Shown here piece after piece: positions 52,526 through 64,000 of a stretch of DNA of 64,000 nucleotides. The DNA comes from Octopus vulgaris (Eukaryota). The stretch's first letter is position 1; the number at the start of each line of letters is the position of its first letter. The position numbers were made by a program, and so were the translations under genes. The stretch is taken from assembly GCA_951406725.2 (NCBI GenBank), contig OX597815.1, positions 190,588,001 through 190,652,000 on the forward strand. Reading direction: 5' to 3'. The notes below the pieces were generated by a model. That model saw only the letters and a program-made list of their open reading frames with translations. It was not told the DNA's origin and made no database searches.

Positions 52526-53229
52526 TTGTGGTATCTGACATTATTACTTCCAAATTTAGTGAAAGGCAATGCATTTTTGAGGGAGGCTGTTGTCAATTCA
52601 GTTGAACCCTAATATATAACTGGTATTAATTTATCAATTTTAGAGAAATTTGAAAACATGACAAAATATCACATTTATTCCCATAAGAAGCTTACTTTAC
52701 AGTAAAGTGGCTCCTCCCAGCTTGCTAGAAATAGTTGTCAATCTCCCTCAAATAGCATCACACCATCTTAAATAAGGGGTAAAAAAACATTAGAGGTGAT
52801 GTGATGGTAGGTATTCCTAGAAAGACAGGGTGGTCGTGATTAAAGTGCCTTGATCAGATGCCCGCTTGATCAGTGTTGTCCTGAAACTAAGCAACAAAGT
52901 TGCAACCACCACCATGAATAACAACAACAACAACAATAATAATAATAACAATAACTGAAGGGGTCTTGCTTGCAAGTTACTTAGTGACTCGGTGTGTACT
53001 GGTACCCAGACAACAGAACTTGGTGCCATCTTCAGACTTGCCAGATCTTGTCAAACTGTCCAACCCATGACAACTGGAAGGGAGACATTAAATGATGATG
53101 ATGATGATGGTGGTGGTAGTGGTGGTGATGGAGGTGGCGGTGGTTGTGATGGAGACAGCAGCAGCAGTGGTAGTGGTGGTAATGAAGGTGGTGATGAAGG
53201 TGGCAGTCACTTCCATTTTCGAGAGAGGT

Positions 53230-53490
53230 ATCATCATCATCATTGTTCGACCGTGGTCGAGACAATGGAATTTACCATGCTATGCCAGACTTCACGGTCC
53301 ATCATAGCATTACGGAGGTCCTGTTGCTGGATGCCTGTATCCCTGGAGATTACATCAGGGTAGGAGAGTGTGCACCCTCTGGTAATGCGAGTAGATGGCT
53401 TCCAGAGGAGAAGAGTAAAAATTACCTCTTTTCAGCTCTACAACAATGTCCAGCAAACTGGACTCTCTTACCTTTCACAAGAGATGACCT
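53230..53490 (-). mobile_element. Second RTE-type LINE family, 3' end
   Basis: Translates ...FAGHCCRAEKEVIFTLLLWKPS...LSYPDVISRDTGIQQQDLRNAMMDREVW...VEQ then directly (TGA)n; second copy at 57039-57370. Confidence 0.75.
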
Positions 53491-53864
53491 GGAACTTTAA
53501 CACTTGTGATACACTCTCCATTTTATCAGAAGCATTTGCAACAAAAGACACATGAATTCAGTACCACATGTTAACAATTAAATCCATGCCATGGAAAGCT
53601 GTACATCGTCATGGAACTTATTTGCAAGCTAGAGAAACTTCTACTTTCATTTCAAAGGATGAGAGACCTGGAACTTTAACGCTTACAATACACTCTCAAC
53701 TTAGTCAGAATCTTCAACAACTTGAAGAACACAGCTGAACAAGCAGAGGAAGGAGCCTCTTGCAAGGCCTGCTAGAAGTACCAACCATATCTCCTCAAGC
53801 TACATAGAGTCACCACATTACAAAGGAGGGGTGCTTTATTCAATGCAGTCCTCAATGATACAAT

Positions 53865-54275
53865 CATCATCATCGTTTAACATCTGCTTTCCATGCTAGT
53901 ATGGGTTGGATGATTTGACTGAGGTCTGGCGAACCAGATGGCTGCACCAGACTCCAATCTGATCTGGCAGAGTTTCTACAGCTGGATGCCCTTCCTAACG
54001 CCAACCACTCCGAGAGTGTAGTGGGTGCTTTTATGTGCCACCAGCATAAGGGCCAGTCTGGCGGTACTGGCAACGGCCACGCTCAAATGGTGTTTTTTTT
54101 ATGTGCCACCTGCACAGGAGCCAGCCCAGTGGCACTGGTAACGACCTTGCTCGAATGTTTTTTACACATGCCACCAGCACAAGTGCCATGCTCGAATGGT
54201 GTTTTTTATGTGCCATGGGGACAGAGGCCAGCTTGTTGCTCTGGCAACGACCTCGCTCATATGGTACTCTTAGCA
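53865..54275 (-). mobile_element. RTE 3'-UTR fragment
   Basis: Family motifs and (CAT)n. Confidence 0.8.
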
Positions 54276-55408
54276 AGTGAAAAATATGATGTGATGGTCA
54301 TGGGGGGATATATCTTGATCAAAGACCTGCTCAATCAAGAACAGCAGCAACAACTATACTACACATTCATGAATGTGCAAAAATTTTTAGCAAATCAGAT
54401 AAATCACATTCCTTTCTGGTTAAAGATTTTGTCGACTGAAAGCCTCATTTATTAATTAGTATAGTAATTTTTTTCATTCAGAAATACAATAAGTTAAGGC
54501 ATAAAGACTTTTTTTTATGTTAACGCAGGTTCTTATTCAATAATATGGCTTTTGTTTTTTATTATCTGAATATAGTGAATGCACCATCTTAGATATGAGA
54601 ATATAAAAAAAACATTTTTGTAGTGAGAAGGAGAAAAACAGAGAGCAAGTGTGTTAGTGGGCAAGGATGGTTCAGTGTCTTTGTCAAGGACAAAATGCAG
54701 CACATTGATGGGATGTGAACTGTGGAATTCATTAACTCTTCGGTGAGTAAGTCCACCATCAACATAATCAGTCAGGTGCAACTATCACTTGTGCAAAATA
54801 AACTGTAAAAAAAAAAAAAAAGAAGCAACAAAAAACATTCCAAAAATGCAGTAAAATAGTTTCAACAATTGAATAAAAGAGTTTTTTTGTAATTTTGCAG
54901 TAAACCAGTTGGCAGCAGCAACAGCAACAACAACAACAACAACACAAATGATGGGAATAAAATAACGAGTAGTCTGCCTTATGATAATGACGATGTCATA
55001 TCAGTTGCCATTGGTTACTAATGCACCAAAATCAGATTGAGCTAGTGTGTTTGTGAAAGCACTTCAGACATTTATAATAAGTGAATGCTCTATGTGTGGC
55101 TGTATCTTGATTTTATTTGGTATTTACATGCTTCTGGGATTATTACACAGCAGACATTACACTGCTAGAAGAGACTACTAAGCTGAAGTTGGTTAATAAT
55201 ATCTTCAATTTCTTGCTTACTTCGTTTGACATATGAACTTTAATCAATTCTCTACAGGGAGATATTCTGCCATTGTAAATCAAATTATGAGCTCTCTTTC
55301 TCTCTGCCCGTCTCCTTTCGCCATCCTTCTCTATGTATCTCTATCTCTTTCTTCTTTTCCTTCCTATCGCTCAGACATTCATACATGTTCTCCCTCACTT
55401 TTCCCATC

Positions 55409-55441
<33 letters not shown>

Positions 55442-55443
55442 TA

Positions 55444-55490
<47 letters not shown>

Positions 55491-56007
55491 CACACAACAA
55501 GTAATCCATAAGTAAGGCAACATTCTACATCACATTAATGTTTAAATGCTGCCTTATTTATTGAAGTCCTGGTATATACAAACATTATATAAATATATGT
55601 AGGAAACAGTGAAAAAGGAAAAGTAAGAGAGACAGAGACAGAAAGAGAAGTGGGTGTGAGAGAGGGAAGGATTTTATTCCAAATATCTTATTACAATAAA
55701 TACTAATTATCAATTTGTTGTAATTCTTTTAGTTTTTTATTTTGTTTTGTTTTGTTTCTTGATAAATATTCAAAAATTAGGCTGATATAATCTGATTCTG
55801 GAATTAAACTGGAAACCAATAGATCTTTACAGTTCTTAACATCAATGCATAATTCACCAATTATTTCATTTATTTTGGTAAATTGACATCCAATCCTGAA
55901 AATAAACACTTCTCTGGTTTTTGATTTGCTCTGTTGGTTTTCCACAACTACAAGGTCGTATCAAAAAGTTCCTGGATTAGTTATGTTTAATTAAAAAATA
56001 ACTTATT

Positions 56008-56228
56008 AACTAAAATTTTTGTTGCGTCTTGCAACCTTTTCAATAGTCTTGACTACTGAGATGAAAATTTTAGGAAAATAAAAATAAGAAATAAGTGGAA
56101 ATTTTACCGGTGAGTGTGTTACATTATAAGGCACAAAAAGAAAATGACTCTCCCCAGACACAACAAAATATGCTTCAACACACGAACTCATATAAAGAAT
56201 CTTGCAAACCAAATCCAAAAGCGAAATA
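56008..56228. mobile_element. Partial fold-back element with UUGAAAA hammerhead-like motif (56008-56048, -)
   Basis: GACUA-UUGAAAA-G-GUUGC-AAGAC-GCAAC-AAAAA-UU-U-UAGUU, mirrored by a deleted copy gactactga..gaaaattttagg on the + strand. Confidence 0.6.
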
Positions 56229-56229
56229 T

Positions 56230-56616
56230 TACTCTTTTACTTGTTTCAGTCATTTGACTGTGGCCATGCTGGAGCACCACCTTTAATCGAGCAACTCGAC
56301 CCCAGGACTTATTCTTTTGTAAGCCCAGTACTTATTCTATCAGTCTCTTTTGCCGAATCGCTAAGTAATGGGGACATAAACACACCAGCATCGGTTGTCA
56401 AGCAATGCTAGGGAGACAAACACAGAAACACACACACATATATATACATATATACAACGGGCATCTTTCAGTTTCCATCTACCAAATCCACTCACAAGGC
56501 TTTGGTCGGCCCAAGGCTATAGTAGAAGACACTTGCCCAAGGTGCTATGCAGTGGGACTGAACCCGGAACCATGTGGTTGGTAAACAAGCTACTTACCAC
56601 ACATCCACTCCTGCGG
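56230..56616 (-). mobile_element. SINE family A, full length, inside the mariner
   Basis: Family motifs. Confidence 0.85.
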
Positions 56617-57038
56617 CTTATTAACTAAATTTTAACATCATCTTCAAAACGGTCCACTTGTTCAGCAATATACTAGTTACAGCATTCCTACCACTTTTGG
56701 AATCCAGCCTGGAAGTTGTTTTTGTAACTGAGTCAAGGACCTTCTGCAATTCGTTCTGGATCTCAACAACGATGTTAAAACAGCAACCTCTGAGCTGCAT
56801 TTTCATCTTGGTGAAGAGATGGAAGTCCACAGGGTGCAGAAGTGATATCATGTTTTTGGCAAGAAACTCATGAGTGAGAAAAGCTCAGTGACAGGGTGTA
56901 TTGTCATCATGAAGAGTTCAATTCTTCACGCTTCACAGATCAGATCCCTTTCATCGAATGTACTCCCTCAAATACGTCAAAATGTCACAATAGAACTCTT
57001 GATTGATGGTCTGGCCCTAGTGGGATGAATTCTTGATG

Positions 57039-57370
57039 CATCATCATCATCATTGTTCGACCGTGGTCGAGACAATGGAATTTACTATGTTACACCAGAC
57101 TTCACGGTATATCATAGCATTTCGGAGGTCCTGTTGCTGGATGCCTGTATCCTTGGAGATTACATCAGGGTAGGAGAGTGTGCACCCTCTGGTATCACGA
57201 GCAGATAGCTTCCAGAGGAGAAGAGTGGAAATTACCTAGTTTTCAGCTCTACAACAATGTTCAGCAAACTGGACTCTTCTACCTTTCACAAGAGATGATA
57301 CAGGTGGTAATTTCCCATATATTTGATGCACAGCACCACATTTCCAGGGGTAACGCTCATAGTAGATCTT
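57039..57370 (-). mobile_element. RTE-type LINE 3' end (family of 53230-53490) inside the mariner
   Basis: High similarity to 53230-53490; extends to IYGKLPPVSSLVKGRRVQFA. Confidence 0.75.
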
Positions 57371-57373
57371 CAA

Positions 57374-57745
57374 CAGGGTGATTCAAAAGTCGCCATACAT
57401 AGGAACAATTTAGCTTTTTCTATAAGGAACAGTTTATAAGAACAGCTTTTTTTTTATTTAAAGGCTCTTATATGGTTACCATTGTTTTAAATACACATTG
57501 CAATACATTACCCCCACTCATTGTGAACTCGTAATATCACATCTGGTGATACTTGTGCAAATGATTTAGTGATGCGTTCCTTCAAATGATTTATGTCTTA
57601 TCTTTCTGTGATACACCATGCCTTTCAAATGGCCCCAAAGACAGAAATCAAGAGGGGTCAGATCAGGGGATCTAGGGGATCTTATAAACTGTCTATTATA
57701 ACAAAATAATTTTTTCCCGTGCATGAAGACTTTTGAATCTCCCTG
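57374..57745 (-). mobile_element. Internally deleted Tc1/maT-like transposon nested in the mariner
   Basis: TIRs cagggtgattcaaaagtc / gacttttgaatctccctg|ta; encodes RSPDLTPLDFCLWGHLKGMVY. Confidence 0.8.
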
Positions 57746-58240
57746 TACATTGCTCACCATCTTCCAAGAGCATTCTTCCAATTTTGAAGCACCCTTGCCA
57801 CTTGAAACGCTGTGTATGACCCATTGCCTTGTCGTTATAAGCTTGCTGAGACATGCTCAGTGTCTCTGTAGCAGATTTCCCAAGTTTATCACAAAACTTC
57901 ACGTTGGCTCTGTTTTCCTGTCTATGACAAAATAACAGACTACACCATACATGTGATCACAAAAACACAAATTTCACAACTTGCAAAATAAACACAGCAA
58001 TGTGACTCAGCACACTGCCTCATGAAGGTCACTGCTATCTTTCACTGCACATACAACTGTGCTGCCATCTGTTGGCATGATACAGAACTAGTCCAAGAAC
58101 TTTTTGATACCAACTCATAATTATACAAAATGTAATTTAAAAATAACCCTATAGCACCCAAATTATCAATATTCAGAAAAAGGGAGGTTATTGTTTTGGT
58201 CTTTTGCAGTTGATTTAAGGGTTAGGAGCATGTTTGATAT

Positions 58241-58283
<43 letters not shown>

Positions 58284-58285
<2 letters not shown>

Positions 58286-58508
58286 TCTTTACTCTCTTTT
58301 ACTTGTTTCAGTCATTTGACTGCGGCCATACTGGAGCACTACCTTTAGTCAAAGAAATCGACCCCACAACATATTCTTTGTAAGCCTAGTACTTATTCTA
58401 TCAGTCCCATTTACTGAATCGCTAAGTGACGGGGATGTAAAGAGACCAGCATCGGTTGTCAAGTGATGCTGGGCGGACCAACACAGACACACAAATATAT
58501 ACACACAT

Positions 58509-58597
<89 letters not shown>

Positions 58598-58757
58598 GAC
58601 AGGCTTCTTTCAGTTTCTGTCTACCAAATCCACTCACAAGGCTTTGGTCAGCCTGAGGCTATAGTAGAAGACACTTGCCTAAGTTGCCATGCAGTGGGAC
58701 TGAACCCAGAACCATGTGGTTGGTAAGCAAGATACTTACCACACAGCCACTCCTGTG

Positions 58758-58760
<3 letters not shown>
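58284..58760 (-). mobile_element. SINE family A, full length, between TA tracts
   Basis: Family motifs. Confidence 0.85.
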
Positions 58761-58808
<48 letters not shown>

Positions 58809-59042
58809 GTCATAGTATCAACTAGACCATCAGATAGTGTTATACATTGCTGATCACAATGCACTTCCAATTCTGTCTTGCTTGCACAATTCTTTTCTGT
58901 CTTGATCAAAATTGCTTAAGTCATTTTTTAATTGGAAAATATACATACATACATACATATATATATGTGTATGTGTATGTGTGTGTATGTATATATCTGT
59001 GTGTGTGTATATATATATATATACATACACATATATATATCG

Positions 59043-59250
59043 GAGACCCCTTCTGTCATGAATGACCATGGGATTGCACCTAGAAAGTTACCCTCCAAAG
59101 CACAAGTCCAGCCAAGGTTGTTTATGGAAGACCAGCAGTCGCCCATGCATACCAGCCTCCCCTCTCCATGCCACCGATGTTATCCAAGGGAAAGGCAAGG
59201 GCCAGTACAGCTTGGCACCAGTGACATCGTAACTCATTTCTACAGCTGAG
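59043..59250 (-). mobile_element. SINE family E, 3' part
   Basis: Reverse complement of 29025-29222. Confidence 0.75.
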
Positions 59251-59251
59251 T

Positions 59252-59287
<36 letters not shown>

Positions 59288-59318
59288 CAAAATAAGCAAC
59301 AAGGATATCCAGAGGTAA

Positions 59319-59405
59319 TGCAGTACGAACGTTTCATGCAACTCTATTTATTTGAACAATGCAATTATTACATCAATTTAAAATGCAGAGCAATCTTCAG
59401 CTGCA
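59319..59405 (-). ncRNA. Type I hammerhead ribozyme candidate
   Basis: UGCAG-CUGAAGA-UUGCUCU...AGAGUUGCAU-GAAAC-GUUC-GU-A-CUGCA; perfect 5-bp stem I. Confidence 0.65.
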
Positions 59406-59730
59406 CAAAGTCATAGAATTTAATTAAATTAGAACAGATAGACACATTAGTATAATTATACTTAAAATCTCCAAGAAGTTAAGGAGATAGACAAAGAACA
59501 TGCTGTCTTCTTTCAGCGAGCTTTGTCCCACACTGTATCTCCCCAAGAACTACATTAAGGGTACACATGTCTGTGGTGTGCTCAGCCACTTGCACATTAA
59601 TTTCGCAAGCAGGCTATTCCATTGATCGGATCAACTGGGACCCTCATTGTCATAACCAATGGAGTGCCACAATATATATATATATATATATATATATTTA
59701 TCAAAATAAAAACATGATGCAAAGGATTTA

Positions 59731-59818
59731 GTGGTACATATGTTTCTGGCTTTTATTAGACGGTTTATATCAATGCATAATTGATGTAATTTGTATGTCA
59801 ATAGCCTTCTTCAGCCGC
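59731..59818 (-). ncRNA. Type I hammerhead ribozyme candidate
   Basis: GCGG-CUGAAGA-A-GGCU...AGCC-A-GAAAC-AUAU-GU-A-CCAC; palindromic stem III ACAUAUGU. Confidence 0.65.
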
Positions 59819-60224
59819 GTACAATTACTACTCCAAGGACATGTATTACATTATAAGTTTAGGAAAAAGACGAATTATGTTGGAGATGCAAATCCTCATA
59901 GTCGTGTACCACAGAGTGAGGCACCAAAACAAAATCGAAGCGTCCATCCCGTTTTTCACTCGCGAGTGATAAATATACTCTATCACCTACACCACTAAAT
60001 GGCATATACAGGTGCTTACAATTATCAAGTATTCACCCTCTATTTTATATATATATATATATATGTTGTGTTTGTGTATGTGTATTTGTGTGTGTAAACC
60101 TGCTTCCCAACCATGTGATCTCATCTGAAATTAACCATGCAATAAGTAGATAAAAGCCAGCATATTGAAATTTTGAGATAATAAAGACAATTATTAACAA
60201 AAGTAAAATATATACAGTTTAGAA

Positions 60225-60500
60225 ATTTAGATTCAAAAATTTGGCTTCATAAACTTGATTTCATAAACTTGATTTCAAAAATATGGTTTCATAAATTTGG
60301 ATTCCAGAATTTGGTTTCATAAACTGAGTTTCCTAAATTTAGTTCATAAATTTGGATTCCGAAATTTTCATAAATTTAGTTTCATAAATTTGGCTTCGTA
60401 AATTTGGTTTCATAAATTTGGTTTCTGATATATGGATTCCGAAATTTGGTTTCATAAATTGGATTTCATAAATTTGGTTTTCTAATTTGCTTTTCGAACT
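60225..60500. repeat. ~15-16-bp minisatellite (aaatttggtttcata)n
   Basis: More than a dozen degenerate units. Confidence 0.9.
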
Positions 60501-60892
60501 TTATACCTAAGCATAAATTAATCTAATGTCAAAGCAACCACTTAAACTAAAAGTTCATGACACAAACTGGCTGCTGGACTACATCAATAATTATAGAAAA
60601 AAAAATGAATAGTCAAACAAAAAAATTCTAGTTTGCTTTAAATTCACACAAAACTGCTTCATACAAGCATGCTGAGTAACCATTAGACAAAATTTACAGT
60701 TTAGATGTCTTTTACAAAAATTAGCTCCATGAAAAATTAAATTCATACATGCTCTAGCTATTTATACTAATTTTTCAACATTTATCTTAACAGAAAATAG
60801 CTAGTAAAATTACTACACAACCTGCCACAAATGTAGGGTTCAAAATTCACACAAATATTACAATAATTATCTTAAGAGATTTTTGTACTCAC

Positions 60893-61240
60893 CCAGATGT
60901 GACACAGAAATTATTTGAATCTGACAAGTAAAAGTTCTGTTGAATTCCTGGAGCATAAAATAAATCCATAAATGCCTAACACAAAGCACAAAGTGCATAA
61001 ACTAAACAGGCAATCATAGCTTCCAGAATCCGTTTGAACAACCTTGTCTCACAGAAACAACTTTGACTGTCGCAAAAACTGAGAGAACAATAATCTCTGC
61101 TTATAATGGTTTGCTAAGGTTTAGCCAATTTGTTAGAGTTTCACAGTTTGGCTATTAACACCTAACTTCCCCATTTTGACAAATCGACTTCATCCTGACC
61201 TTACAGTGCAGCATGCAAAACTGTCACTTTACCAGTTTAC
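60893..61240 (-). other. Candidate exon of a minus-strand host transcript
   Basis: Acceptor ttttaacag| at 61241 and strong donor GG|GTGAGT at 60892 in non-repetitive DNA; no homology recognised. Confidence 0.25.
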
Positions 61241-61301
61241 CTGTTAAAATTATACAATAAAACGTTTTTATTGTTTTTATAATTTCCTAACAATACACAT
61301 A

Positions 61302-61371
<70 letters not shown>

Positions 61372-61373
61372 GT

Positions 61374-61750
61374 GGTACAATGGCCCAGTGGTTAGGAAAA
61401 GCAGACTTCCAGTTGTAGGATCGTAGTTTCGATTCCCAGACTGGCGTTGTGAGTGTTTATTGAGCGAAAACACCTAAAGTTCCGCGAGGCTCCAGCAGGG
61501 GATGGTAGCAAACCCTGCTTTACTCTTTCACCACAATTTTCTCTCACTCTTTCTTCCTATTTCCATTGTACCTGTATTTCAAAGGGCCAGCTGTGTCACA
61601 CTCTGTGCCATGCTAAATCTCCCCAAGAACTACATTAAGGGTGCATGTGTCTGTGGAGCGCGCAGCCACTTGCACGTTAATTTCACGAGCAGGTTGTTCC
61701 GTTGATCGGATCAACTGGAACCCTCATCATCATAACTGACAGAGTGCCAC
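61374..61750 (+). mobile_element. SINE family C
   Basis: Homologous to 9350-9731; a 3' fragment also lies at ~59520-59670. Confidence 0.8.
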
Positions 61751-62865
61751 AATATATATATACATATATATATAATATATATATAATTATATATATGTTC
61801 ACATTTATAAATATTTCCTTCTCTGCATTAATTGCAATAAAACCGAAGATGATTCTCACACTAATTGATTCTGTTTCAAAAGGACATTCTAAAAACATAG
61901 CAAATGTATCTTGTTTATAAACACAGAGCTAGCAAAAATAAATCCATATGTGAACATCCCTACCTACCTCCGCAAGCAATAAAGAAAAATATCAAACAAA
62001 CAGAAAAACGTAGTAAAAGAGGGAATCAAAGTAAGAGAAAGTAGATGAAATATAATTATGCGAACACCTTCACCGTATATTATTCCAAAGTTGTATCAAC
62101 CACTGTCACTTCCATTTTCATTAAACGTACTTTGAATATTCTATCTTACCTGCCATTAATGAACAAAATCAACTCAACTTGTTCACCTGTTCATTCCATT
62201 ACAGAAAGCTCTTTATAGTTTCGTTTCATAAAAGGTTATATTCTGCTTTTAATCCACCTTATGTATTATTTAGATCTTTTATGGGCACAAAAAGGAATAT
62301 TCTCTGATCTCCCTTCTTCAATACCATATCAAAATGTTGGATAGCTTCTGACTAACACAAAGCCAATCTAAATTAAATGGTTCATTTAAATAACCGTTTG
62401 ATGACTTGAAGTTCTGAAGTCAAAATCTTGTAAGTTTATTTTTTTTTAAGACTGAGTAAAAGAACAACAACAACAACAATAGCCATCAATTGCTCACTTA
62501 CTGCTCAGGATTACATTTCTATATTAACTACAAATAATGTAAAGACCAGAATCCAAGGAAGTAACAACAAATCTAAAGGAGAAAGGTTGTTGAATGTCGT
62601 TAAGTGTGAATGCTGTAAACAATGGAAACTTTAACTTTCTGTAGACTCTTGCTCTTCAGAAGGACCCTCATAAAAAGCTCCATTATAAATATTATTAAGA
62701 ATTGTTTTTAAGAAATTGTTAAAATATTTTCTATACTATAGAAGAATAACCAATTTTTTGCACATAAAATTTTAATGACAAAATCTTATATGCCCCCCCT
62801 ACCACCACCACCAAAGGTCATAGGAATCCTGGGTGCAAACCACTAATCTAAAGTATCAATAAAAA

Positions 62866-63029
62866 ACGTAGTAGTGGCTGTGTGGTAAGTAGCTTACTTA
62901 CCAACCACATGGTCCTGGGTTCAGTCCCATTGTGTGGCACCTTGGGCAAGTGTCTTCTACTATACCATCAGGCTGACTAAAGCCTTGTGAGTAGATTTGG
63001 TAGATGGAAACTGAAAGAAGCCCGTCGTA

Positions 63030-63074
<45 letters not shown>

Positions 63075-63298
63075 GTATGTGTGTGTATGTATATGTTTGT
63101 GTATCTGTGTTTATCCCCCCAACATCGCTTGACAACCGATGCTGGTGTGTTTACATCTCCATAACTTAGCGGTTCAGCAAAAGAATTCGATAGAATAAGT
63201 ACAAGGCTTACAAAGAATAAGTCCTGGGGTTGTTTTGCTCGACTAAAAGCAGTGCTCCAGGGTGGCCACAGTCGAATGACTGAAACAAGTAAAAGAGA
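62866..63298 (+). mobile_element. SINE family A, full length
   Basis: Family motifs; extra tail copy at ~63412-63468 and a degenerate copy at ~63775-63975. Confidence 0.85.
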
Positions 63299-64000
63299 CT
63301 ACTCTTGAAAATGAGGCTTCTAAAATTGCAACCTCATCTTATCATTTTGACAAATTTCAGTTCATGCACAATTGGTTGAGGCTACGAAACGACAACAACA
63401 ACAACAACAAATTGCTCCAGCATGGCCACGGTCAAATGACTGAAACAAGTAAAAGAGAGTAAAGGAGAGTTATTTTACTGTTTTGTGTTTGTTGTTTAAC
63501 TATAGGTCAAGTGTGATCAAACATTCTTGAGGTTCAGTGTATTCCATTTATGACCATCCTCTGTTATATTTATTTCATGACTGACTTGCTTTTTTTTTCT
63601 GTTTTTCTTGGATTTTTTTTTTTGTCGTTGTATCTAAGACTACATAACCTGATGTTGTAGGTACAATTTGTGGATGATTTAGCTACTATTTCTAGAGGGT
63701 TGAGCAGCTATATAGAAGCTTTTAGCATAAAGGAGTAGACTTGAACATCAATTAAAAACTGATCTATTGGTCCTACAGCATGGCACCTTGGGCAAGTATC
63801 TTCTACCATAGCCTAGGGTGAACGAAAGCCTCATGAGTGTAAATTGGTGACAAGTCAGAGGCATGTCTGTGTGTATGTGTTTGTCTTTACATTTGACATT
63901 ACTTGCAAAACTAGTGTCGGTGTTTTTGTTCCATCACTTAGAGATGTGATAAACAGAAATCGTTAACCTAAGTACAGGATTGAAACAGCAATTGTTTTAA

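Larger units (their letters stand above)
55951..58117 (-). mobile_element. Decayed mariner transposon with nested insertions
   Basis: TA-flanked TIRs (caaggtcgtatcaaaaagttcctggattag / ctagtccaagaactttttgataccaactca); N-terminal HTH KFCDKLGKSATETLSM...AY (57750-57902); C-terminal DFHLFTKMKMQLRG..FN (56621-56851). Confidence 0.9.

Noticed and set aside
54640-54751. Plus-strand donor TCG|GTGAGT with an open frame
   Set aside because: The upstream acceptor is purine-rich and the peptide is unrecognisable.

Overview
AT-rich, microsatellite-saturated eukaryotic DNA with no intact recognisable protein-coding gene, rRNA, true tRNA or CRISPR array. The repeat content (several tRNA-derived SINE families, RTE-clade LINE 3' ends with (GAT)n/(TGA)n tails, dense TA/CA/CATA/TAA repeats) resembles a coleoid cephalopod, most likely Octopus. 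That assignment is an inference from recalled repeat types, not a database result. Almost all supplied ORFs are translations of microsatellites or SINEs. The real coding remnants are transposon-derived: RTE C-termini, an R4/Dong-like C-terminus, a decayed mariner and a Tc1/maT fragment. Non-autonomous Helitrons, Helentron-type HINEs and Tc1, hAT and piggyBac MITEs also occur, often nested. The most unusual signal is about a dozen hammerhead-ribozyme motifs in short Penelope-like cassettes, mostly inside TA/CA microsatellites. Several have an intact catalytic core, and some are back-to-back UUGAAAA/CUGAAAA variants at the centre of fold-back elements. Weaker signals are a SINE that forms fixed-junction multimers, a pre-miRNA-like hairpin, and possible minus-strand exons of a host gene. 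Element boundaries were read by eye and many are approximate.
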